A stretch of DNA of 64,000 nucleotides, from contig JAYWIR010000043.1 in assembly GCA_036172245.1 (NCBI GenBank), positions 930,001-994,000 on the forward strand, written 5' to 3'. The DNA comes from Raillietiella orientalis. Its lineage: Eukaryota. The notes under the pieces were generated by a model that did no database searches, was not told the DNA's origin, and saw only the letters and a list, made by a program, of their open reading frames with translations. The position numbers and the translations under genes are program-made. This document shows positions 25,001 through 36,931 of this stretch, one piece after another (positions within the stretch are counted from its first letter, which is position 1; the number at the start of each line of letters is the position of its first letter).

Positions 25001-27048
25001 CGATTAATGGCAAAAACAACTCTGATCACACGATCCTTTGCATCTCGGTTTGACGGATTGACGACGCACGTGTCAAATCTCCCTCCAGTCGTCTCCGTTT
25101 CACCTTTCCCTGAGACTTCCCTGCTGGCCGCGGACGAGATGTGCACATCCTATCTTTGCAGTCTGGTCCACGGGAAATCCAAACCCCACTCACGAGAGAG
25201 TATAAGGATTTTTCCTTCTTTTCCCGCCATGATTTGTGCAGGTGCATTTCCAGCCAGAGTATGAACGGGTGCAGCCCCGCTCCCTGCATCCGCCACCACA
25301 CCAGCCACCTCGGGGATAGATTGAAACTGCGAAACTGTGGCAATATCGAGAAAAGGAGGCTGGGTTTCGGAAATGCCTTGGGATCGCGTGCCCCTTTACA
25401 CACCCCCAGGAAAAAGAATGGTGACTTCGTAGGTGGGCATCTAATTTTTCACTTATAGCGTTCGGAACACTCGCTCCCGTTACGTACCTGTATATACATA
25501 TGCAAGCACACAGCTAGGATGACACAAATGGGTGTGCATGTCCTCATGCATGCATGTTTTTGCATACGAAGGTGATGTACATATCTGTGTGACATGTGAC
25601 TACGCGCGCAGAAATGAGTATGCGCATCAAGGCGTGGGCACGCATGAGGATGCAACCATAATAAGTGACACATATGTACTTCTTTTCTTTTGCTTTTTAC
25701 ACCCATAAAACACGTACAAGAAACGTAGGCAGGGAGGCTTCGTGTTTGAGCAGAACCGTTGACGCAACCTCTCTCGCTCCGTGACATCGGCGGGTCACGC
25801 GAATCATGGACAAGTTCGCGCGCTGCCAAGGATGGGATGCGCCCCCCACGGGGGAGGGGGGGACCTTCGGTAGCGAGGAACCGGATGCGCCAATTCCTTG
25901 TGCAAGACGCCCTCGCAGTGCGAGTCCGTCCAGCACAAAAAATGCCCCCGGCCGTCTTCATCTTTCCCCCGAAATGCAAAACAACAACAGAAAAGGAACC
26001 GTAAATTCACAAACAAGCGGCTCCCATGATGTGTGACCAGAGAGGCAATCGAGAAAAATCACGGGTGGATGATTTTTAGATCACAGGGTGAAAAACTGGC
26101 TATTCATGAGCAGCCCGTGGCCGACCCTGAGCTTGACAATGCTGTACCTGCTCATGGTTCAACACGCTCCTAAGCTCATGAAAAACAGGAAACCTTGGGA
26201 TCTGAAGTACGTCATGATAGTGTACAATATCTTTGTGGCCTTACTGAACTTGTACATCACCGTGGAGGTAGAGCGCCCCCTTGTTTTGGAGAGAGTAACT
26301 AGAAATCCAACCCTTTCAGCTCATTGTCAACGCCTTGTTTCTCAAGTACAACTGGTTGTGCCAAATAGTGCAGTACGTGGATGGCCCTAGGGAGATGAGA
26401 GTAAACGAGGTTTGGCCTGTCTCCGAGCAATGTCTGTCGATTTTCTGCTTGCAGATCGCGGCAGCCATTTGGTGGTACTATGTGTCCAAGCTCATAGAAT
26501 TGTCCGACACCCTGTTCTTCATCCTCCGGAAGAAAGACAACCAGCTCTCTTTTTTGCACGTTTACCACCATTCGACGATGTTCCTGATGTGGTGGATCGG
26601 TGTCAAGTGGGTGGCTGGTGGGTCCGCTTTCTTGCTCGTGTCCATGAACAGTTTCGTGCACGTCCTCACGTATTCCTATTACGGCCTTTCTGCTTTCGGA
26701 ACTCACATGCAAAAATACCTGTGGTGGAAGAAACACCTGACTGTCATCCAACTGACCCAGTTTTTCATATATTTCCTGTTGGGGTTGCGTTCCTTATTGC
26801 AAGGGTGCGCTTTTCCGACGTGGATGAGGTACGGGTTAATAATATACATGGTTATTATCATCGCTTTGTTCCTCAATTTCTATTTACATGCTTATGCTAA
26901 GAAGCCAGAGCCGAAAAGGGAAGTCTGTTGTGACGGAGACAACAACAATCACAACAATAACGAAGTTAAAAAAAATTACGCTGTGGATGACCTGCGCCAC
27001 CGATCCCTGTGCGTGGACGGAACCTCTTGCACTATAGACAACAGATAG
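19037..27048 (+). CDS. ELOVL4: Elongation of very long chain fatty acids protein, ELOVL4-like (312 aa)
   Basis: join(19037..19112,26080..26267,26320..26400,26455..27048); GT-AG introns, phases consistent, 939 nt. Protein [41 protein letters not shown]...[28 protein letters not shown]...[14 protein letters not shown]...[17 protein letters not shown], with the HxxHH box. Confidence 0.93.
20195..20470 (+). pseudogene. CYTB: Nuclear copy of a mitochondrial cytochrome b fragment (NUMT)
   Basis: With TGA=Trp the frame from 20195 reads ...[53 protein letters not shown], the PEWY region. The strand is C/A-rich and G-poor, unlike its flanks. Confidence 0.95.
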
Positions 27049-28149
27049 CAGGACTGTTCTCGCCACTCACCTTCAAGAGAAACAGAAAAGTTACTTCTCG
27101 TCCGCGAATTTTGTTCTTCTGCATTGTTTTCCAAGCATCTTGAGGGACAATGAACGATTGCCAGTGCTGGAAAACCGTTCCCGTGTGTCCTCCCCAGAGA
27201 AAACCTAGTCGAAAACCTGGTAGCTGGAAACGCACTCTCCATCTCGGTGGAAGATCGTTGTTAAGGAACACACATGACCGAGTACCTTTTAAGAGAGGAA
27301 CGTTTTCCGCTAAGGTGACATTCCGAGCCTCCCAATGGTTCCTGAAGACGGAAGCGCAGGTCATAGCAAAGGACACACGGTCTTCAACGTACCACCTAAA
27401 TCTCCCTTGGACGAAGCCAAGACACTGGGATGCATCATTCTTCCCATTCTTCTTTTTTTTTAAGGGGTTTTTTTTTTTTCCTACATGACAGGACAATCTG
27501 GAGGAATTTTCCGTGCACGAGAATCTTTTTGAGCAGGAAGGAATGCTCGTGCCGGAAGCCACAGACATGCTAGAAAGGACGCGCTGTTCGCGCCCAGCAC
27601 TTGAGTTACGTTTTGTCCTCCCGAATTGCTCCAAATACATGATTGGGCTGTTTGTGGTCTGATTCATTGCAACTGTGCATGAGCGCGGGGCAGCTCCGTC
27701 AGTCGACATCTACCGCCACCCTTCCACCAGGTGTACGTTTTCTGTAACTGTGCCCCGACCCGGGATGAGCTGCACTCCTTCCTCGCCGACTCATCCCAAA
27801 AAAGCGCCACTCTCGAGCAGGAGATGAGAGCACCCCCTATGCACTTCTGCAGCGCGTTCCAAAGAAGGGGGGAACCGGGAACGATGGATGGAGGGTCCGA
27901 GCACCGAGCAAACCTCGGTCGGAAGATGAGGCATCTCGTCCCCAGCATCCCACCCTCAGGACTCATGCCGGACCGTTCTGGGGTTTCACCCGGAGTGAAG
28001 GAAACCGCTAGCGGGCCAAAGTCCGAAAGGCGTCACCTGGCAATCCTAGCCGTTCCGATGACTGACTCCGAGCACCGGAAGAGCGATTTCAGTGAAATCT
28101 TCACCAGTCAAAAGAGTCTCCACCTCCAAGGAAATCGATTTCCGGTTTC

Positions 28150-28500
28150 ATCTCCCTCTCACCACCACGCATCTGCTTTCGTGACTCCAGCTTGGAACGT
28201 TAGATTCAACTGTTGCTCCGATGACTGACGAGCCCGAGCCTTCAGACAGTCCCAGAAAGGAATGCACGACCGATAGCATCGACTCTGTGCTGTTGCGACC
28301 TCCATCGCTGTATTTGCAGATCTCTGTCGGCAAGGTGCGATGAATGCAGCATCCGAGTACCTCGCAGTTCCGTGGAAAGAGGCACTCCCACTGCCCTCTG
28401 CACTGGAAGTAAAGCTTCTCGGTGATTCCAAGGCTGGCAAGCGCTTGTTCCTGCTTCTGGAAACGTTGAAGAAGGGCCTGGCAGGAAAACGGGGCAGACG
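28150..28500 (+). mobile_element. Decayed BEL/Pao pre-RT fragment
   Basis: ORF 28340 reads YLAVPWKEALPLP...AGKRLFLLLETLKK, resembling BEL YxVxLPWK...LP.N...AxKRLxxLxxxLxK. Confidence 0.35.
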
Positions 28501-29089
28501 GCCATCTCGAGAGGATAGCCTAGACCCCTCGGAGAGGCCAGCCTTTTTTTCTGAGGCCCCGCCGAAGGCCTTCCTCCCCCTCCACTCTCTCAAGAAACAC
28601 CAGCGAACGTCACAAACAACTCTATGCTCTCAGCAGATGCCCGCGAGCTCGGTGACCGCCCGTCCTCCCTGGAACACCGAGAGACGTGAAGGGAAATGCG
28701 TCGCCTTCCCCGCGCCTTGTTGGGTGTCCCGATAAACCCGGGGCTCGCACGCCCTACACAGGTGCCTCCAGTTTCCAGCTTCCCGACCTGCACGCTGGGC
28801 ACTCGATGTCCTCAAGTCACGGAGGCGTGTGCTCTCAGAGCTGGACAGTCAGCGCTCGCAAGGACCGCTCCTTAGGACATACCGACCTGCCACCCCTCGG
28901 CTCCTTTCCCGCCCACGAATGGCAGCTTTCCCTCTCCGGAGGATGCGGCTCCCAGAAACGACACCAAACCAAGGCGCGAGCCCATCCCCCTCCACTTCAA
29001 GCATGCAGCGCCAGCTGTACACCGGAGAACGAATTAGGACATCGGCGGGAGATTCCTACTCGCCCTCGAGACAACCCTCATTTCCTCCC

Positions 29090-29180
29090 TCTCTGCCTCT
29101 CAAGGTTAGGGCTAGGTGCTTCCTCTTCCATCTTTGAAGGGAACATCTTAAGCGAGCTGTGGGCAAATTTTCTTCTGCTT
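29090..29180 (+). mobile_element. Possible BEL gag (DUF1759-like) micro-fragment
   Basis: LSRLGL..SIFEGNILSELWANF resembles LPKLxLPxFxGNxLEWxxFW. Confidence 0.25.
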
Positions 29181-32100
29181 CAGAGGCGTCCCACTTGGAC
29201 AGGCGTGCTCCGGCTGCCACCAAAGCGCAAGGCACGTCGATGCGGGCAAAAAAGCACACGCACGCGGACACACGCACAAAAAAAAAAAAAAAAACAGGAA
29301 GCAAATTACCGGGTATCACCGCACCATAACTGGGGGAAGTCAGCACAGGATCAACCCGTAGTGGTCACTCTTTTCTACAAAGATGTCTGGACTCTGTTTC
29401 TCGCCTTCGCGGGGTGGTCGGCCTAGCGATGGGAGAGAACCCAACGCTGGAACCCTTAACAGAAAGAGATTCCGAGCTTTCAGGTGCACGCCGGCGTTCC
29501 TGGAGAACGCCCTCGGGTGCATCACTGTCGCTCCGCTGCTTCCATCTCCGCAGTTGAGAGGGGGGCCTTTGTCGGTGGAGGCGTTTCCCGGGACCCGACT
29601 GCAGCGCTGCTGCGGCTGCACGGCAAAAACAGACGAGAATGAAGAAGGAAAAAAATCACTTTCTGCTCCGCATCCTTTGCTATCCGCGCGTTCGGTTTCC
29701 ACTGCTCTGAAGACAGCGCTCCCTGATGCGTCACACCTTCCTCTGAGAGGGATGCCAAAAATACGCGCTCGGCCCCCTCACCTCCTTCCTTTCTACGGTG
29801 GGGTTCGGAAGGCTCGCAGAGCGGCATGTCCTCCTCCCCAGCGAGACTCCTCCGCACCCCCTAGAGCAGGCCTCAGCCTCTTCTTCCAGCGCTCCCCCGC
29901 AGACGGCTTACTCCTCTTGAGTTCCGACTGCGATCCGCGACTTAAGGTGTCGCGAAGAACCGCAACAGGCGTCCCTTGGGACTCGAAACGAAAGGTGGTT
30001 TCGAGAACGGGCATCTCTCCTGGGTGGTGTGACGCCAAGAGGGGCAGCAGGTGAGGGCTTACGGCCCTGATGCTGGTCGACTCTGGAGGAACGAGACTTC
30101 GAGCTCATCACTTCTTCTTAACTAAACAAAATAAAACGGAAACGGAAATGTAAAAAAAGTCGTAAAATCCTTCAAAAAGTTGGATTCCGAGGCTTCCTGT
30201 TATTCCCCTTCATGTCTTGCCCCGGGGGAAACTCCTCCCGATTGCGAGATCGCCTCCGTGCTCTGGATGTGCCCTCGAGCTGCATCTGAACGTAGGAGGG
30301 AGCGCAATCCATGATTAGTTTGGGAGGTCCATTCCGGTTGAATCAGACCTTCATCAGACGATAGACGGAGATAACGGCGCATCCTGCGGGAGCACTGTTA
30401 TGTTTCAGTTAGGCAGGGCGAGCCACTTACGGCCTCCTGGAGCTTCGCTGCGTTTCGCTGCAAAGCCAGACTTGGAGTTTCGGACCACTCGCTTTATAGA
30501 ATCGAAGATGCAAGAAGTTCAGAAAGAAAGGCGAAGAGCATGGATGGTGGCCCTGCTCCCGGTACGAGAAAGGCACGGGAAAAACTGACGGATTGCAGAG
30601 AGAGAGCAATCCGAACATCATCGAAACCGCTCTGTGAACGCCCAAGCAGTGCATCTCGCTGGCATCATGTGGATTTCCCAGTTCCGCACCTCTGATGGTA
30701 TTTGGGATAGGAGGATGTCTACAAGTGGTGGGTTTCTCTACAAACCCTATACTCACCTCACAAAGAGCTCACCGACTTGGACGTTATCGGTTCCGTGCTA
30801 ATTTCATCGCCGTCATGGAAACGTCCTACCTTGGATCGCTCGCTGTTTTGGGGAGAAAGTGAAAGGATGTTTAAGTGAAAAATCTTCTCAGCAAACTGAC
30901 ATCGATGGGTTCCTCTAGACGAGTTACAAACAGAGGTTCTGCGATTTTTACCCAATCTGTCAGGTTCACCCTTCAGTGCTGAAAGAAACCTCCGCCTTTA
31001 CAGATGAGCCTCTTCAGAAGGGCATCCATCGAAACACGTCACCATCCCCAAAAATCCCAACTCTTTTACCGTGCTTGTCTCCAAATTCCGCAACACATCC
31101 ATGTGTCGGTGAACGTCAGCAGCAACAGCATAGATCGAGAGCACGAATTTTCAGTGATCCTCTCAAAGTTGTTTGACCTCCATCAGTGCCCACTCTTTCT
31201 CCTGGCTGCATTTAGAAGTAGAAGTCGCATGAAGAGCACTGCGACTTCTCCAGAGCAGTCCCATAGGACGGGCGATGTCTCTAAAAAGGATCTACAAACC
31301 TTTGATTGAAGTTCGCCCTGCAGCATTTCCTCGAGAATCACCCACAGACTGAAGGAGCTTGAAGGATTCTGCCTTGTCGATAGAATAGCCGCATCCCAGC
31401 ATCTCTCACTTTACCTGAGACTGGAAGAATGCTTCCTAACCTGTGGTATCCATCTTGAACACCGATTAAGACGCACCGATGACCCTACCGGAAATCTTTC
31501 CGGAATGAAGTTCATCTTCGGACAGGAGTCTCTCCTCAAATTCCAAGCCACTTCCGCTAAGAAAAATGAGAAAATACTGAATGGATTATTGCCTTGTTTT
31601 CCCAACAGTTTGTTTCGAATACATCCTTAAGTATGCTTGCATACTGTGAAAAAAGTCAGCAGACTGGTCCAAGAACTTGGAAGGATCCGATCGGTGTGAA
31701 ACCTGGGGCAACCCCATCCATTCGTTCTGATGGTGACTTGCCATCTTGTCTTTTTTTTTTTTTTTCTTGTACTCAGTATTTCACTCATGGTCGCGCCATT
31801 CATAATTCAGAAGCCTCCTTCGTATCGTACCGTGTTTTTGACAACTTGATTGCTTTTAAAACCTCAAGTTTTTACCTTCAAAAGATCTGGCCGTTGTAAA
31901 CATGCTTTATGTGCTCGTGCTTATCTTCCTTGTCAGTGAGCAAATGTTTATCTAGTTCTCAAAGCAACTTCATTTTACCCTGTTCACATGGCGTCTACCA
32001 ACCTTGACACTCGGTTTCATTTCAAGTCGTCCGAGTTGCCATATTAATAAACTTTATGCGACTTCCGGGTCATGAGTGTGGTTTCTCCCGTTAGCCTCTA

Positions 32101-34230
32101 CTTTTTGAAAGAGGGCACTTTGATTTTTGATGACACTGGCTCGTCTTTGGCCACTAGAATGGTGGGGTTGTTGCTGCTGCCGCTGCTGCGGTTGTTTTGT
32201 TTTGTTTTGTGTTGTGTTCGGGTTTTTTGTTTGTTTGTTTTCCCCCTTTGCACTTGAAAAACGGCTTCGACATTTGGGAAAACTGACTTGTACTTTGAAG
32301 GTTTTCATTTGAAAACGTTTCCGAAATCCCCGATTCTCTTGAGAAACGACACTATCGCTGTTGTGATGTGACGTCCCATTCTGATTTGAGTTCCCACCGA
32401 AAGGCGTGGTGACCCTGGTGATTTCACGAGGGGCGAGTGTGGCGTTCCGCTGGCGGCCGCCATTGCAGTGCCACTGCGCAGGGCACGTCCGTCAAATGGA
32501 CGATCCTGGCCAGCAGTTCGACGAAGCTAAGCTAAAAGGAAAATCAGGAAAGAAATCATTTCAATGAGTATCCGTTTCGCCTTTTCCTCCGAAAATCATC
32601 AGGGGGAAGCAATGAAAGTAATGAGAATGCGTCATCAGTACCGAGAAAACGAATGACCGAAGTGTCAGATGCACCTGCAGGCAATTCTGTCACGAGCAGC
32701 AGCGTTTTGCAAAGTGAGCGCTGAAATATTTAAGCTGAAATGTATTGCATGCTCTTATGTAGAACCTCACGTCAATGTTATGGATAGAAGATGTAGAACC
32801 GTGCCCCACCGCAATATTGAATTGAGTAGCCTTGCATTTTTCTGCAAATCAGGGTTCCATTATCAATGTGACCATTTGGTCCCAAAGAATTTTTTAGTTC
32901 TGCTTTCGTGCATTTTAGTGGAACGTGCGATTGCATATCTGCATGCCATGCATAACTGGCTCGATTTAAAAAAAGAGATCTTTCCTTCTTTCTGCCGGTC
33001 CCCTTTAGAAAATGAAATCAAAATGTTCGAACTGTTTTCTCATTTTTCATTGCTGAATGTACCCACTGCATCGTAATTTGCACCCTTTGACTTTGTAAAG
33101 CTCTTTTTTAATTTGCTCATCCGCAAACCCAAAGGGCTGGAGATTTAGAACGAACTCTGAATACAGGATCAACAAGGGTCACTGTACATATAATTCTTGT
33201 TGATGCTTTTGATACTATTGATGGCTTACTGGCACGTAACGAGATAGCGTTATGCGTAAGTGAATGATCTCAAGAGACTTATTCATTGAAGAAAGTACAA
33301 AATGGGAAATATCAAAAAGGAGGCGAATTTTCGTTTTGGTTTCGCAGTAAACGCTGCCTGTTTGTTGAACTTCAGAGAACTACAAATGGAGCATCTCATT
33401 CACAAGATCTTCAATTCCTTGATGCAGACTCTGATGACGAGTTATTCCATTATGCGCCGAGGAAACTGGTTCTGCCTTTGGAAAGAGAAGAAAATTACAG
33501 TAATATCAGAAACAGACGGCTGCTCAAGTGATCTCCAAGTTACTTAAGGCGATGATTTCAATACCCGTCATCAGATCAAAGGGAAAAGGCAGCCAACTTA
33601 TGCATGCATAGGTACTCAGCCATCCATTCCAATTATTTGAGTTGTTTACCCTGTTGGTTTCGGTTATTCCCCTTAATAAGTTTGTACAATTGAGCTAAGA
33701 TTAGGAATACGTGAAAGTGCAATAGGGCATGCATACTTGGCACTGGCACCACAATTAGGATGTAATAAAAGATGCTATCATTGCAAAGCTTCACTCTTTC
33801 TGAGTAGTTTGCTATGTAAGATTAATGACTTGAGAAACAAACATCTCCTCTAAAATGATAATGTTCCATCACATACATGCCTTCTTTGCCCATCTGTTTG
33901 GAGAAGTGAAGAAAGTTCTTGATGCAAACTTGAAAAATCATGACATGTCATGAGCTGTCGATTTTGTTTTGGAAACGAAAGCATTTTATACTTTGATGCA
34001 ATTAATTCTATTTGTCAATCTTGTATTTTAAAAACTTTTCAAGACTTTACCGAAATTCCTGCTAAAACCCAAAAGTATGGCAATCAGTTGGCAGTTCAGT
34101 TCGACTCATTCTAAACGCATTTTGCTAACAATTGAAATTCACTCAGGTATGTGCATGTTGTCTGAATAAAAGGAAAAATAACATTTGCGCTGCATGCATT
34201 TTATTCTGGTAGCTCAACTCATAAAGAAAA

Positions 34231-36931
34231 TTACTGTTGTCGGCAACTTTCATCAGTTCCTTTTGATTTTCGTGATTTCCTCTTGTTGCCCTTATTCCAT
34301 AATTGAATAACATTTCATCTCATCAAACGGGCACCAGTACCTGAGGCCAGTCCACTTGTTCCTCCTCTTTGTCATCACCATCATGGTCTTCACTGGTGAT
34401 ATCTTCATCCTCATACTGATAAGGGCCACATGCAAATTTACAAGTGAAAAAAATAAAACAACCACAAGAACTCACCTCTGCATCCTCCTCTTCCTCTTCC
34501 TCCTCTTCATCAAGAAGAGCTTCACCTGTGTAATAACGAATAGCCTGAGGCACAATGCGTTCTCGCAACAGATTGCCAATCTCAAAGTCATTAGTCAACA
34601 ATGACTGTGTAGCTTCATCTATTTCAGCTTTAGGATCATCTGGTACTACAATTTTCTAGTATTTATAAGATCTGTGATGCCAGTGTAAGATCACTCACTG
34701 AGAGGTGGACTGAAGAAATTAAAGAAGGACTCAACCTTCTCTGTTTTGGTGACAATACGCACATCACCACGGGATCGATGCTTTTGCTTCTTACATATAG
34801 TACGTACAGTAACATCACAACCTGTTTTCCAATCAATTTTGCAACCCTTAGGGAGACCAGATATTGAATACAAAGGTGAGTGCAGCAATATGGACAGCAA
34901 TAAGTACTTACCTGACAACGATAAATCACAGGCCCACCAAATGAGAGTGGCATTTGATCATCAGGTTTACAGCGCATATCATATGTTTTAGTTAGCACTG
35001 AATTAGTGAAATGTGCATTAGGCCTAAAGTGGAATTTGAGGGAAAAATTCTACGAAAAATTTATGATCATTAGAGTTTTTCCAGATGTGCTATTCCTACC
35101 ATAGGTTCTTCCGACAACTCCACCTCAATATCTGTCAAACATATTAATATAGGTTCATCATGGATCTGCATCATATCCACCAAAAGATCAACATTTCTAA
35201 AGATGGTCAACCAAAATCCAGGAATGCCAACAATATTTTCTTTTTGAATAGTGTCAGGTTCCAACTGAATTTTAGTTTTCACTTCTTCTGTAAGTTCTTC
35301 CTCAATGTCAGATGGCCAATCACACTCAGCATCTGAAGGTTCATATTCTCCAGTAATAATTCTCTTCCTCTATAAAAAAAAAAAAGAGGCATATAAGGTT
35401 TGAAAATTGAATTCTTAAAGGCATAATTCACATACTTGAGCATATAAAGGTTTGTACTTCTGATTGAATTCACATTCCAAAAAATGAATTTTTTTATAAA
35501 ATTCAACTTCAAGCTTCACATGTTGATGTTGTAACTTTTTCAATGCCTTAACACGCCGCTTGACTGATGGAACATCTTCCTCCAAAAAAATTATTTACAT
35601 TAATAAACAAAGGCAAATAAGCCTATAGTGCAATAAATGCATTCAATCAACATCTAAAGACATCTCTTATTTTCAAGCTAAATCATTGAATGGAGGTTTG
35701 CTTCAAAATTAAGCTTTTTTTGTTTTTTCCCCCCTGAATGAAACAACTATCATTTAAGGCGATTTCTAAAATTATTTCACGTTAGGTACAAATCACAAAG
35801 AAAAAATGCTTCACTTGAATGTAACATACTGAACATTAAAGATGGAAGCAATTGTCCTAATTCCAATCAGAAATAAATGACCTTGAACAAACTTCTTTTA
35901 TTAATGCATGAACATTTGAGAAAAAAAAAACTATGATTCAAATTTTATACAACTTACTGTTATTGCCTTTAAGTCCTTAATCAAATTTTCATGATGACTA
36001 ATTTCTTCTGAATCTAATAACAAAAGAATAATTATGAAAAAGCATTCAATACACAAATACCATACAATCATCATCCATTTTCTCTTCTTTTGACGACTGA
36101 TCTGTAACAGGCTTCCTAAAAATGAGGCTACATAAAACATCCACGTACAATACAAAATTTGATGTCACTTAAAATTGCATGTAATTGTGGAAAATAAATC
36201 ACTTTTGTGCAATCCCATACTCCACACATATACTTTCAATTTGAAATAGTCATACATTATTAGTGAAATAAATGTACACTTATAGCAACATACACTGGCT
36301 GCATTAAATGCATTACTGACTTTTGATTCAGAATGAATGCCATCACAATTTAATTTATATAAATCAAAATTCAGCAAACATGGATGCTGATCAATGAAAC
36401 AAACCGAGACTGATAGAAAAAATCTTTTGTTCCAAAACAATTTATGCTGTCTTACATAATCCAGAAACGTAAACATGCATGTAGTTTACAGTTTAAGGTT
36501 TCTCTCTTTCATTTTACAAGCATCCGATAAAACATGGAAGAATGGTGCACAGAAATAACACTCAGAACAGCATTATGTAACTACATGATTAAGAAAAAGT
36601 TAAGTCTTCACGGTTGCAAATTACACTTGCATGGCTTAAATGTTATGTTCACATTCTTTCAAACAGAGCCAAGGCCCCCGGGGTGACCGGGTGGCAACAA
36701 ACAGAGCCAAGGCAATACTTCAGTTATCGGCTCGGCAAAAAAGTTTCTGCGCATATGAATATTTACAGAAAACTAAATCATGTTTTGGTCTTGGCATAAA
36801 AGTCATGATTAAAAAGCACTTTACGGCTTCGAAGGCAACATATATATTGCAAAGCAATTTCTAAGTTTATACTTCTAAGCAAATACATGGAATGCATAAA
36901 ATGCAATTACTCACATATCTTCTTCTTTCAT
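34231..36931 (-). CDS. NAP1L: Nucleosome assembly protein 1-like histone chaperone
   Basis: Exons (minus): 36931-36915, 36115-36066, 36013-35958, 35579-35436, 35369-35100, 35049-34912, 34846-34699, 34645-34476, 34415-34341, 34290-34231; all GT-AG and in phase. Motifs VKRRVKALKKLQ, GIPGFWLTIF, GCKIDWK, KKQKHR, ESFFNFFSPP, DFEIG, acidic tail and C-terminal CRQQ (CaaX-like). AATAAA at 34205-34200. The two 5' exons are less certain. Confidence 0.93.
36660..36713. repeat. 16-bp direct repeat flanking a 22-nt GC-rich insert in NAP1L intron 1
   Basis: caaacagagccaaggc at 36660-36675 and 36698-36713, around ccccggggtgaccgggtggcaa. Confidence 0.9.

Noticed and set aside
25490..25680. Alternating purine-pyrimidine (TGCA/CATG/CACA) tract
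   Set aside because: Degenerate microsatellite-like sequence with no regular repeat-spacer structure; not a CRISPR-like array.
35635..35695. C/D snoRNA-like stem in a NAP1L intron (minus strand)
   Set aside because: Both boxes are non-canonical (ATGATTT, TTGA) and the element is too short.
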